Of a stretch of 64,000 nt of DNA, positions 51,995-61,455 are shown in pieces (the first letter of the stretch is position 1; every line of letters begins with the position of its first letter). The notes below the pieces were generated by a model. That model had not been told where the DNA came from, ran no database searches, and saw only the letters and a list, made by a program, of their open reading frames with translations. The position numbers and the translations under genes are program-made. The DNA is from an uncultured Bacteroidales bacterium. GTDB lineage: Bacteria; Bacteroidota; Bacteroidia; Bacteroidales; JAIOZK01. The DNA is taken from contig CAYXUU010000029.1 of NCBI GenBank assembly GCA_964468645.1, positions 14,084-78,083 on the forward strand, in the 5' to 3' direction.

Positions 51995-52312
51995 TTATAA
52001 TAACGCTTCAAGTTTGGTAACAAGAACTTGTTTTGGTACTGCACCAACCTGCTTATCGACAACATTACCTCCTTTGAAGAATAATATGGTGGGAATATTA
52101 CGAATACCGAATTTCGAGGAAATCCCCGGATTAAGATCTACATTTACTTTCCCGACCGTTGCCTTATCACCATATTCATTACCTATCTCTTCTACGATAG
52201 GACCAACCATTCTGCAGGGGCCACACCATTCAGCCCAGAAATCAACAATCACGGGTTTATCTGATTTCAATACTAATTCATCGAAATTTGCATCTGTAAA
52301 TTCTAATGCCAT
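51995..52312 (-). CDS. trxA: thioredoxin
   Basis: The WCGPC active site is present; 105 aa. Confidence 0.9.
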   Translation of the reverse strand: MALEFTDANFDELVLKSDKPVIVDFWAEWCGPCRMVGPIVEEIGNEYGDKATVGKVNVDLNPGISSKFGIRNIPTILFFKGGNVVDKQVGAVPKQVLVTKLEALL

Positions 52313-52432
52313 AATAATATGATTTTTAAAGGTTAAATATAAAACTGCCCAAAGATAAAACTTATTTCTTTTTTTAATGATGATTTTCTGGTATCATATT
52401 CTTAATTCAAACAACATTTTTATTTCATGCTA

Positions 52433-55400
52433 TTAATTTATCCGGAATTCTATATCGCTAAGGTTTTTAACAGCATTAATAAATTTAACGGGATGAACTT
52501 TTGATTTTTTAGGTTTCATTTCTACAATGATGTTTTCTTCCCTGCTCATTAATTGCAGTTTCAGGTCACTTTTGCCTGAGCTATGATTAACCATTTCAAG
52601 CAGTTTATGAATAAAATCATCATCAACACTTTCTGAGGGTATTCTGAGTATTATCTCGCGGGTTAATTGCTCAAGCGCTTCCGGCAGATAGCTCACATTT
52701 GTAATCTTTATTTCAAGCTGGTTAGGGTCATTAAATCTGGGACTTATTCTGGCCTTAATGAGGAGATATAACCCATCTACCATGAAATGCTTAAACCTCA
52801 GGTAGTCTTCTGAAAAAAGAACCAGTGATGTAGAGTCAGTAAAATCTTCCAGGAAGAAGCGTCCGAAAGGCTTTCCATTACGGCTTGTCCGGTGCTCTAC
52901 ATTGGAGACCATCCCGGCGAATGTAACCACTTTATTCCTGTATTTATTAAGATTCTCGATCAGGTCACCAATGTTGTGTGTACAAAAGTTCTGCATTTCA
53001 ATTCTATAATCATCCAGTGGATGGCCTGAAATATAAAATCCTGTTACTTCCTTTTCGAATTTCAGTTGTTGAATCTTACTCCACGGATCACATGCTGGCA
53101 AGGGTATATCCAGAACCTGTACATCTGTATCCTCACCAAAGAGTGAAACCTGTGAAGAATTCATTTTTTCCTGATAGGTTGCTGCATGTTTTACAATCTT
53201 CTCAATAAAGATCACATCATCGGTATTTTCCCTGTAGAAATACTGGGCTCTATGTGAATTTTTGAAACAGTCAAAAGCCCCTGCATATGCCAGGGCCTCA
53301 AAACACCTTCTATTCACTGATCTCAGGTTTACACGTTTTGCAAAATCAAAAATATCGCTGTAGGAACCATTCTCCTTTCGTTCTCTGATAATCTCCTTTA
53401 CAGCAGCCTCTCCAACACCTTTAATAGCTGCCAGGCCAAATAAAATCTCGCCTTTCTGGTTAACTGTAAAATTGAGTTCACTTTCATTTACGTTGGGGCC
53501 CTGAACAGGAATATTATGTCTTTTACATTCATCAATAAAGAAAGTAATCTTCTTTATATCATTCAGGTTGTGGGTTAATACGGCAGCCATATATTCTGCC
53601 GGATAATGCGCTTTAAGGTAGGCAGTATGATAGGCAATAACTGAATAGGCTGCTGAGTGAGACCTGTTGAAGCCATACTCCGCAAATCGTTCCATGATCT
53701 GGTAGATCTCATCAGCCTTATTTTGATCAATCTCTTTTTTTGCGGCTCCTTCAATGAATACCTCTTTTTGAGTTTCCATAACCGCCCTGTCTTTCTTTCC
53801 CATAGCCCGCCTGAGCAGGTCGGCCTGTCCTAATGTAAAACCACCGATGATCTGGGCTGTTTGCATGATCTGTTCCTGGTAAACCATGATCCCGTAGGTG
53901 GGCTTCAGTATATCCTCCAGCCAGGGATGTGGGAAATCAACTTTCTCCCTCCCGTGTTTACGATTAATGAATACGGGTATATAGTTCATGGGCCCCGGAC
54001 GGTAGAGGGCATTCATAGCAATCAGATCTTCAAGGTTATTGGGTTTGAGCTCTTTGAGGTATCCTCGCATACCTTCCGACTCGAACTGGAATGTGCCAAC
54101 AGTATCTCCCCGTTGGTAAAGCTCAAATGTTTTTGTGTCGTCAGGTGATATTTTTTCAATATCAATCGTAATCCCATGCTTTAACCTGACATTTTCAATA
54201 CCATCTTTTATTATTGACAGGGTTTTCAAACCCAGGAAATCCATTTTAAGCATACCCACCGATTCAACCAGCTTACCCTCATACTGGGTTACCATAAGTC
54301 TCGAGTCCTTTGAGGTACTTAACGGGAGGTTGTTGATCAGGTCATCCGGTCCTATGATAACCCCACATGCATGGGTGCCTGTATGTCGGGCGGAACCTTC
54401 CAGTGTTTCGGCAAACTGCAGGGTTTTCTTTGCAAGTGGTTCACCCTTCTTTTTTATCTCATTCAGTTCAGGTACCTCTTTATAGGCATCAACCAGTGTA
54501 ATACCCGGTCGTTCGGGAACCAGTTTAGCAATGCGATCAGCTTCATTCAGAGGAAGCTTCAGAACCCGTGCTACATCACGTATAGCCGACTTGGCTGCCA
54601 TCGTTCCGAAGGTAACGATCTGAGCAACCTTATCACTGCCATATTTCTCAACAACATAATCCAGCACCTTATCACGTCCTTCATCATCAAAATCAACATC
54701 AATATCAGGCATGCTAATACGTTCGGGATTAAGGAAACGTTCAAAAAGAAGATTGTATCTGATTGGATCAATGTTGGTAATTCCCGTGCAATATGCAACA
54801 GCAGACCCTGCAGCAGAACCCCGTCCCGGGCCAACAATAACGCCCATTTTTCTGGCTGCAGCAATAAAATCCTGTACAATCAGAAAGTATCCGGGAAATC
54901 CCATACCCTTGATAATATTCAATTCATGTTCAAGACGTTCACGAATCTCGTCGGTAATCTCAGAATAAACTCGCTTTGCTCCCTCAAAAGTAATATGCCG
55001 TAAATAATCATCCTCATCATCGAATGACTCAGGAAGTGGAAAGCGTGGCAAGATTATTTCTGACTTAATATCAAAATCCTCAATTTTATCGACAATTTCG
55101 CGGGTATTCTCAAGGGCTTCAGGATATTCTTTAAACAATCCGGCCATTTCATCCGGCGTTTTAAGGTATTCCTGCCCTGTATATTCCATAGCGGTATTAT
55201 CGTCGAGGTCTTTACCTGTATTAAGACAAATCAGAATTTTATGTGCATCATAATCTTCTGCATTTATAAAATGAACATCGTTGGTAGCAATTATCTTACG
55301 ATTATACTTTCGTGCAATTTTTATCAGGCTGCTGTTAACCTTCTTCTGCTCATCCAAACCGTGATTCTGTAGTTCAAGGTAAAAGTCATCCCCAAAAATA

Positions 55401-55891
55401 TCGATAAATTCTTTCAGCACTTCTTCACCCTTTTCATCCCCATGGTTCATTATCGCAGAGGGTAACTCCCCTCCAAGACATGCTGATGAAGCAATCAATC
55501 CTTTGCTGTATTTCCTCAGGATTTCTTTATCAATACGTGGTGTATAGTAAAAGCCCTCAAGGAATCCAAGGGAGGCAAGTCTTGCAAGATTATGATATCC
55601 TTCAAGGTTTTTGGCAAGAAGGATCAGGTGATAGCCACTCCTGTCGTGCTTTCCCCGTTTATCGAAACGACTGGTTTCAGCAACATAAATCTCGCAGCCG
55701 ATAATTGGTTTTATTTTTTCTTTTCTTGCAGCATTGAAAAATTTTAGTACACCAAACATATTTCCATGATCAGTAATAGCCAGGGCATCCATCCCATTGT
55801 CTTTGGCCTTTTTTACAAGGTCGGTAATGCGTGCTGCCCCATCAAGAATGGAATACTGTGTATGTACGTGTAAATGTGTGAAATCAGGCAT
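52433..55891 (-). CDS. dnaE: DNA polymerase III alpha subunit
   Basis: It has an N-terminal PHP domain (HLHVHTQYSILDGA...ITDHGNMFG) and the polymerase core; 1152 aa. Confidence 0.95.
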   Translation of the reverse strand: MPDFTHLHVHTQYSILDGAARITDLVKKAKDNGMDALAITDHGNMFGVLKFFNAARKEKIKPIIGCEIYVAETSRFDKRGKHDRSGYHLILLAKNLEGYHNLARLASLGFLEGFYYTPRIDKEILRKYSKGLIASSACLGGELPSAIMNHGDEKGEEVLKEFIDIFGDDFYLELQNHGLDEQKKVNSSLIKIARKYNRKIIATNDVHFINAEDYDAHKILICLNTGKDLDDNTAMEYTGQEYLKTPDEMAGLFKEYPEALENTREIVDKIEDFDIKSEIILPRFPLPESFDDEDDYLRHITFEGAKRVYSEITDEIRERLEHELNIIKGMGFPGYFLIVQDFIAAARKMGVIVGPGRGSAAGSAVAYCTGITNIDPIRYNLLFERFLNPERISMPDIDVDFDDEGRDKVLDYVVEKYGSDKVAQIVTFGTMAAKSAIRDVARVLKLPLNEADRIAKLVPERPGITLVDAYKEVPELNEIKKKGEPLAKKTLQFAETLEGSARHTGTHACGVIIGPDDLINNLPLSTSKDSRLMVTQYEGKLVESVGMLKMDFLGLKTLSIIKDGIENVRLKHGITIDIEKISPDDTKTFELYQRGDTVGTFQFESEGMRGYLKELKPNNLEDLIAMNALYRPGPMNYIPVFINRKHGREKVDFPHPWLEDILKPTYGIMVYQEQIMQTAQIIGGFTLGQADLLRRAMGKKDRAVMETQKEVFIEGAAKKEIDQNKADEIYQIMERFAEYGFNRSHSAAYSVIAYHTAYLKAHYPAEYMAAVLTHNLNDIKKITFFIDECKRHNIPVQGPNVNESELNFTVNQKGEILFGLAAIKGVGEAAVKEIIRERKENGSYSDIFDFAKRVNLRSVNRRCFEALAYAGAFDCFKNSHRAQYFYRENTDDVIFIEKIVKHAATYQEKMNSSQVSLFGEDTDVQVLDIPLPACDPWSKIQQLKFEKEVTGFYISGHPLDDYRIEMQNFCTHNIGDLIENLNKYRNKVVTFAGMVSNVEHRTSRNGKPFGRFFLEDFTDSTSLVLFSEDYLRFKHFMVDGLYLLIKARISPRFNDPNQLEIKITNVSYLPEALEQLTREIILRIPSESVDDDFIHKLLEMVNHSSGKSDLKLQLMSREENIIVEMKPKKSKVHPVKFINAVKNLSDIEFRIN

Positions 55892-56010
55892 CGAATTTAT
55901 TGATTTTCAATTAGTCAGAAAATTATGTCAGGCATGGTAAAATTAGTATAAATGAGGCCTGCTTTTCGCGATGTTGAAAAGTTTTTAAAAATAGGTTGGG
56001 GGAGGGATTC

Positions 56011-56086
56011 TGAGTTTTGAGTTTTGAGTTCTGAGTTTTGAGTTCGAAGTCCGAAGTCCGAAGTTTGAAGTTTGAAGTTTGAAGTT
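56011..56086. repeat. imperfect heptanucleotide tandem array (TGAGTTT)x5-(GAAGTCC)x2-(GAAGTTT)x4 in the dnaE/rpsP divergent intergenic region, with a downstream complementary segment (56102-56117)
   Basis: Direct reading gives tgagttt tgagttt tgagttc tgagttt tgagttc gaagtcc gaagtcc gaagttt gaagttt gaagttt gaagtt. The segment ccttcaaacttcgaacc downstream is the reverse complement of part of the array. Confidence 0.8.
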
Positions 56087-56327
56087 GTTGATCTGGTGAA
56101 CTGACCTTCAAACTTCGAACCGGTAACTATTAACTCTTTGCCAAGTTTACATTAGTGCTTATTTCAATAGTATTTCTGATTTATCTTCATAGTATATCCA
56201 TGTAATTCGATTTTTCCTTTTGTATTCAAAAAAATAAACCGATCTTTGCACTCCAATTTTTTGAGGGTAACGAGTTTACCAGGAAATTTTTAGTTGTTAA
56301 CAGAATTATTAATTAAAACTTAGAGAA

Positions 56328-57098
56328 ATGCCAACTAAAATGAGATTACAACGAAAAGGTAAAAAGGGCAGACCTTATTACCATATCGTTATTGCGGATG
56401 GTCGTGCACCACGTGATGGGAGATTTATTGAGAAGATTGGTACTTATAATCCAATCACCGATCCGGCAGAGATCGTTATTGATTTTGAAAAAGCCTTAGA
56501 ATGGCTTACCAAAGGGGCACAGCCTACAGAAACTGTCAGGTCGATTTTATCTTACAAAGGAATCCTTTATAAGAATCATCTTCTGAAAGGTGTTAAAAAA
56601 GGAGCCTTAACCGAAGAGCAGGCGGAAGCAAAATTTCAGGCCTGGCTGAGTGAGAAAGAGCAGAAGATCCAGAGCAAGATGAAAGAGAAAGAGGATGAGA
56701 AAAGGTCGCTGCATAAACAGAAGATGGAAGAAGAAACGAAAGTTAAAGATGCCAGGGCAGAGGAATTAGCAAAGAAACGTGCTGCAGAAGTTGAAAAACA
56801 GGTTAAAGAAGTACAGGAAGCAGCAGGTGAAGAAGAGGTTACGGTTGAGGTGAAGGAAGAGGTGAAGGAAGAGGTGAAGGAAGAGGTGAAGGAAGAACCT
56901 AAGGAAGTGAAGGTAGAGGTAAAGGTTGAAAAGAAGGAAGAAGCGAAAGAGGAAGTGAAGGAAGAGGTTAAGGTTGAGATGAAGGAAGAGGCGAAGGCTG
57001 AAGTTAAGAAAGAGGTGAAGGAAGAAAAGAAGGAAGAAAAGAAAGAAGGAAAGAAAGAAGAAGAAAAAGGAACTGAAGAAGATAAAAAAGAAGATTAA
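56328..57098 (+). CDS. rpsP: 30S ribosomal protein S16 with a long C-terminal K/E/V-rich repeat extension
   Basis: The N-terminus [43 protein letters not shown] aligns with S16. The C-terminal roughly 150 aa is [12 protein letters not shown] low complexity, encoded by 15-bp DNA tandem repeats (gaggtgaaggaagag). Confidence 0.9.
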   Translation: MPTKMRLQRKGKKGRPYYHIVIADGRAPRDGRFIEKIGTYNPITDPAEIVIDFEKALEWLTKGAQPTETVRSILSYKGILYKNHLLKGVKKGALTEEQAEAKFQAWLSEKEQKIQSKMKEKEDEKRSLHKQKMEEETKVKDARAEELAKKRAAEVEKQVKEVQEAAGEEEVTVEVKEEVKEEVKEEVKEEPKEVKVEVKVEKKEEAKEEVKEEVKVEMKEEAKAEVKKEVKEEKKEEKKEGKKEEEKGTEEDKKED

Positions 57099-57120
57099 AC
57101 TGTAATCAGTTATCAAATAA

Positions 57121-57146
57121 AAGGCCGGAGAAATCCGGCCTTTTTT
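57121..57146 (+). terminator. Rho-independent terminator/attenuator between rpsP and rimM
   Basis: The hairpin aaggccggagaaatccggcc is followed by tttttt. Confidence 0.6.
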
Positions 57147-57176
57147 GTTATATATTTGTAAACAACAGACAGTTTT

Positions 57177-57704
57177 ATGAAAAAGGATGATTTTTATTAC
57201 CTCGGCAGGATACTGAAACAGCAAGGGAAGAAGGCTTACTTTCTTGCGTTTCTTGATACGGATGAGCCTGATAAATATTCAGATATTGATACGATCTTTA
57301 TTGAGATCAACAACATTTTCATTCCTTTTTTTGTGAAAGAGATACGCATCAATGAACAGAAAGCTATTATAAGATTTGATGAAGATCCTGAGGCTGATAT
57401 CATCGAACTAATAATTAATAGTGGTATGTACCTACCTGCAAAAACACTTCCAAAACTCCGTGGAAAAAATTTCTATTATCATGAAATTAAAGGCTTTGAG
57501 GTGATTGATACCAGTCATGGAAGCATTGGTCATATCGAAGACATACTTGACCTGCAAAAACAGGCACTTCTAAAGATCGATTACCAGGGAAAAGAGATAC
57601 TGATACCCATTGCTGACGACATCATCCAAAAGATTGACAGGAAAAAAAGAAAGGTTCAGATACAGGCACCGGAAGGACTGATTGAGATGTATATCAGCAA
57701 GTAG
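57177..57704 (+). CDS. rimM: ribosome maturation factor RimM
   Basis: It has the conserved position after rpsP, an N-terminal RimM domain and a PRC-barrel C-terminus (GKEILIPIADDIIQKIDRKKRKVQIQAPEGLIEMY). Confidence 0.8.
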   Translation: MKKDDFYYLGRILKQQGKKAYFLAFLDTDEPDKYSDIDTIFIEINNIFIPFFVKEIRINEQKAIIRFDEDPEADIIELIINSGMYLPAKTLPKLRGKNFYYHEIKGFEVIDTSHGSIGHIEDILDLQKQALLKIDYQGKEILIPIADDIIQKIDRKKRKVQIQAPEGLIEMYISK

Positions 57705-57750
57705 CAATGCAGTTTCAAGATTTGCTACAGTTTTAAATCCAACAGAATAC

Positions 57751-58452
57751 ATGGCATTCAGGTTCAAGCAGTTTATAATAAAAGACGAAAAAAGCAGCAT
57801 GAAGGTTGGTACAGATGCTGTATTGCTTGGAGCCTGGGTTGATTTAAGCGATATTACCAGTATTCTGGAAATTGGGACAGGCTGTGGAATTATAACCTTA
57901 ATGCTTGCACAGAGATGCAAGGCAAGTATTACAGCAATCGATATTGATAAAGATTCGTGTACAGAAGCAATAGCCAATGTTAATGATGCGCACCTGTCCG
58001 AAAAAATCAACATTAAAAACCTTTCATTACGGGATTATACGTCCAGTTCACAAAATAAATATGATCTAATCATTTCCAATCCTCCCTATTTTATTAATTC
58101 CCTCAAACCGGCAAAACCAAATTTCATTTATGCAAAACACAATGAATTGCTATCATATCATGAATTGATTATTAATAGTAAAAAACTTCTTCGGGGTAAT
58201 GGAAGAATCTATCTTATTATACCCTATCAGAATAAAGATGTGCTCATGAACATTGTAAGGTCAGAAAAATTATATTGCACCCACGAACTCAAAGTAATAC
58301 CAAAAACAGGAAAACCGCCTAACAGGGTGATCCTGTGTATTGAGTATCAAAATAAGCGTAAAATACCGGAGGAATTGACCATAACAGATCTACACAACAA
58401 CTATACTGATCATTATAAATCACTTACAAAAGATTTTTATTTGAATTTTTAA
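57751..58452 (+). CDS. tRNA (adenine37-N6)-methyltransferase (TrmN6/YfiC-like)
   Basis: The N-terminus FRFKQFIIKDEKSSMKVGTDAVLLGAW is the family hallmark. SAM motif I is LEIGTGCG and the NPPY catalytic motif is present. The ATG at 57751 is preferred to the ORF-track start, which overlaps rimM. Confidence 0.7.
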   Translation: MAFRFKQFIIKDEKSSMKVGTDAVLLGAWVDLSDITSILEIGTGCGIITLMLAQRCKASITAIDIDKDSCTEAIANVNDAHLSEKINIKNLSLRDYTSSSQNKYDLIISNPPYFINSLKPAKPNFIYAKHNELLSYHELIINSKKLLRGNGRIYLIIPYQNKDVLMNIVRSEKLYCTHELKVIPKTGKPPNRVILCIEYQNKRKIPEELTITDLHNNYTDHYKSLTKDFYLNF

Positions 58453-58501
58453 ATGTTTGGATATTTAACTTAATTTTGATTCAGTAACATCATACAACAA
58501 A

Positions 58502-59323
58502 ATGAAGCACAATCATTTCAAAGTTTTTATTTCAAGCCTTTCCATATTAATCATTTCTTTTCTGATAACCGGCTGCTCACAGGATCATAAACCTGATGGT
58601 TTAACAATTGCAATATCCAAATCCGGTCCCGGTGAATCGTACTTGAATTATATCTCCTGGCTAAAGATTGCCGATACCACCCTCACTACCCATAACATGT
58701 ATAAATTGAGCCTGGATTCAGCACTTACATTACTTTCAAAGTGTGATGGACTTGTATTGACCGGCGGACCAGATGTTTATCCAGGAAGCTATGGAAAAGA
58801 GGGAGATACGGCTAAAGCCGGGCCTATTGATTACAGGCGTGACACACTTGAATTTCTCATGATTGAAAAAGCACTTGAACTTGGCATGCCTGTTGTTGGG
58901 ATTTGCCGTGGTTTACAAATCCTTAACATATCACAGGGAGGCAGCCTGATTGTTGATATTCCGACAGATTTTTATTCAAAGATATTTCATAGATGTCCTG
59001 ATAAAAATAATTGCTATCACAGGGTGGTTGTTGACACAAATAGTTTATTGTTTAAAACATCCGGAGCAGTAATGGGTTTTGCCAATACCAATCATCATCA
59101 GGGTATCGACAGGCTGGCAAATTCATTTGTTCCGGTTGCATGGAGTGATGACAGCCTGATAGAAGCGATTGAATGGAAAGATGATAATAATCCCTACCTG
59201 CTTGCTGTTCAATGGCATCCCGAACGGCTTGATCCGGGAAATCCGCTTTCATTACCCATTGCCATGTATTTTTTGAAAGAGGCTCATTCATACAAATCTG
59301 AGAAACAACATGCCACTTACTGA
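58502..59323 (+). CDS. class-I glutamine amidotransferase-like peptidase C26 (gamma-glutamyl hydrolase / PuuD-like), lipoprotein
   Basis: Catalytic triad context is present: GICRGLQ (Cys), HHQ and QWHPE. The lipobox is LITGC. Confidence 0.75.
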   Translation: MKHNHFKVFISSLSILIISFLITGCSQDHKPDGLTIAISKSGPGESYLNYISWLKIADTTLTTHNMYKLSLDSALTLLSKCDGLVLTGGPDVYPGSYGKEGDTAKAGPIDYRRDTLEFLMIEKALELGMPVVGICRGLQILNISQGGSLIVDIPTDFYSKIFHRCPDKNNCYHRVVVDTNSLLFKTSGAVMGFANTNHHQGIDRLANSFVPVAWSDDSLIEAIEWKDDNNPYLLAVQWHPERLDPGNPLSLPIAMYFLKEAHSYKSEKQHATY

Positions 59324-59888
59324 AAAATCGAGATTTCTCCTTGGCAACCTGGTCAGAGGGCTGATATGGCTGGTGGTGGTTGTGGCGCTATTCCTGTATC
59401 TTGGGAGCCTGGTTGATGAAGCACATCTTGAGAAATACCTGCAACCTATCTATGACAAACCTTTCTGGGTGTTTCTGGTTTTTACGGTTTCAGAGGTTGT
59501 TTTTGGGATCATACCCCCTGAAATATTTATGCTCTGGGGGGCACAAAGTGGTGATATCGTATTCTATACCCTTATTATCATGATCATGTCCTTTCTCTCA
59601 TATGGGGCAGGAATTATAGGCTTCTCGATAGGAAAATTATTGAATAAAACAAGATTCTACAGGTATGTTCACAAACATATCCTAAAAAGCTATGTCGTTT
59701 ATCTTCAAAAATATGGAGGATTCCTGGTCATTGTGGCCGCACTAACGCCATTGCCATTCTCAGCAATTGCCATGCTTGTAGGTGCGGTCGGATTCCCTTT
59801 CAAGAATTACCTGCTCTATTCCCTTTTCCGCTTTGCACGTTTTACCGTTTATTCAATTCTTATCTGGAATGCAACGGTGATACTTTGA
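59310..59888 (+). CDS. DedA/YqaA-like small membrane protein
   Basis: It has 4-5 TM helices and lies in the DedA/VTT family length range. The assignment is weak. Confidence 0.45.
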   Translation: MPLTEKSRFLLGNLVRGLIWLVVVVALFLYLGSLVDEAHLEKYLQPIYDKPFWVFLVFTVSEVVFGIIPPEIFMLWGAQSGDIVFYTLIIMIMSFLSYGAGIIGFSIGKLLNKTRFYRYVHKHILKSYVVYLQKYGGFLVIVAALTPLPFSAIAMLVGAVGFPFKNYLLYSLFRFARFTVYSILIWNATVIL

Positions 59889-59924
59889 GATGGATACTGG
59901 ATACTGATACTGGATATCGACGAT

Positions 59925-60056
59925 TGAATGACAATTGCATGACAACCGTATGACAACTATATGACAACCGTATGACAACTGTATGACAACTGTATGACAA
60001 CTATATGACAACCGTATGACAACCGTATGACAACTGTATAACAACTATATGACAAT
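59925..60056. repeat. tandem array of 12 copies of an 11-bp unit (consensus YRTATGACAAC), preceded by (TACTGGA)-type 6-7-bp repeats at 59889-59922, between convergent genes
   Basis: Direct reading gives tgaatgacaat tgcatgacaac cgtatgacaac tatatgacaac cgtatgacaac tgtatgacaac tgtatgacaac tatatgacaac cgtatgacaac cgtatgacaac tgtataacaac tatatgacaat. Confidence 0.85.
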
Positions 60057-60133
60057 TGAGTGCCTAATGTTGAGTCCCAATTTTTTTGGGACGAAATCCC
60101 GATAGCATAGCGTATCGGGAACCAATAACCAGC

Positions 60134-60640
60134 TCACTCCCTGGTAAGCCGCATAATAAGCTTCTTATGTTGTGGAAATAAACCAAGCAGTTCATCCCTC
60201 CTGGCCAGGTTAAAATCATCAAAATCAAATCCGGGAGAAACCGTACAACCAATTAAAATATATGAACTTTTATTGATCACTTCTGCAGCGAACCAGGTAT
60301 GTTTTGGAATAACAACCTGGGGGTAATGTTGTTCATCAATTTCAATCCCAAGGTATTTCCTTTCGCGTTTTCCATCAGGATTAAGGATATGGATGAGCAA
60401 TGGTGATCCATCATAAAAGTGCCAGATCTCATCGCTCTGTAAACGATGGAATGCAGAAAAATCATCTTCCTGAAGAAGAAAATAAATAGCGGTTGAAAAA
60501 TTTCTTTCAGAATTTAAAACCTGTGATCTGGCTCCTGCCAGGATTATTTCTTCAGATCGGTATATTTCCCTGTAGAATCCTCCTTCGGGATGCCTGTCAA
60601 GATTTAGTTTATCGATCCAGTATTTGCCAGTCCGCTGCAC
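60134..60640 (-). CDS. DUF985-family cupin protein
   Basis: The HPEGGFYREIYRS motif is the hallmark of PF06172 cupins. Confidence 0.75.
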   Translation of the reverse strand: MQRTGKYWIDKLNLDRHPEGGFYREIYRSEEIILAGARSQVLNSERNFSTAIYFLLQEDDFSAFHRLQSDEIWHFYDGSPLLIHILNPDGKRERKYLGIEIDEQHYPQVVIPKHTWFAAEVINKSSYILIGCTVSPGFDFDDFNLARRDELLGLFPQHKKLIMRLTRE

Positions 60641-61329
60641 TATTCTTCAATACGTTTGTTCTCCAATCTGTCATTGAAAACATAAATCAACCTGAATGAA
60701 AATGTCCTGTTTGATTGCGTAAAAACAAAAGGTTTGCCATATCCATCAATAAATTCACGCTCCCGGATTTTAAACATCGAGAAAGAAAAGCGTACATTGG
60801 CAACAAACTTTTTCCAAAACCGGTACCGTACGTCGAGAAGACAGCTATAATCACTATCATTGAATGCATGTCCAAGGTCAGAGTAGGAAAGAACCCTCCC
60901 ACCCTGTTCCACTTCCTTGAAACTCACAAGCCGGCTATATGAGAGACCAACCCCGAATGTAAGATTGCTTTTATCCGTATAATGCGCCAGTATTGGTATT
61001 TCCACATAATTTAGTCTCAGGTTGTATTCCCCTGTAATTGTGTCGTCTGGAAGTAAAGGTGGATACTGCTCTTTCTGGAATGACCCTTTTTGTGTAAACA
61101 GGTTTTCAATACTAACAGACCATTTATTACTCAATGGTATAATTGCTGCAGCTCCAACATTGAAACCAATTCTTCTCCAACCCGGAAAATCATCACCATG
61201 AACCTGAGAAAGATTGCCTCCAAAAATAACCGCACCTTTAATGTTCTGGGACTGAATCGGTATAGTTCCGATTAATAATAACAATACAATAAATAAAATG
61301 ATTCTATTCATTACTATCCTGATAACCAA
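60640..61329 (-). CDS. small outer-membrane beta-barrel protein (porin-family/PorT-like)
   Basis: It has a signal peptide, eight or more amphipathic strands, and aromatic residues near the C-terminus (FSFRLIYVFN). Confidence 0.6.
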   Translation of the reverse strand: MVIRIVMNRIILFIVLLLLIGTIPIQSQNIKGAVIFGGNLSQVHGDDFPGWRRIGFNVGAAAIIPLSNKWSVSIENLFTQKGSFQKEQYPPLLPDDTITGEYNLRLNYVEIPILAHYTDKSNLTFGVGLSYSRLVSFKEVEQGGRVLSYSDLGHAFNDSDYSCLLDVRYRFWKKFVANVRFSFSMFKIREREFIDGYGKPFVFTQSNRTFSFRLIYVFNDRLENKRIEE

Positions 61330-61455
61330 TTTATCAACGAAATTTAATGTGATTAATTTTATAGTAGTTCAAGAAATAACTATACACCTCAATATTTTCC
61401 CCTTTCACTATCGACCAATAACTTAAGACCAATGACTAACGCCCAATAACCATCA

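Noticed and set aside
52978-55003. Several 75-210-aa plus-strand ORFs
   Set aside because: All are embedded antisense within dnaE, which is a long, well-supported gene. They are spurious.
55923-56111. A 62-aa minus-strand ORF
   Set aside because: It is encoded by the heptamer repeat array and is a low-complexity artefact.
56766-57224. A 152-aa minus-strand ORF rich in F and L
   Set aside because: It is the antisense reading of the K/E-rich codon repeats of rpsP. It has low complexity and overlaps an essential gene.
59853-60044. A 63-aa minus-strand ORF (MLYSCHTVVIRLSYSCHTVVIQ...)
   Set aside because: It is a translation of the 11-bp tandem array, giving a periodic peptide with no start context.
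59925-60056. Possible CRISPR array
   Set aside because: The period is only 11 bp with no unique spacers and no cas genes nearby. It is a simple tandem repeat.
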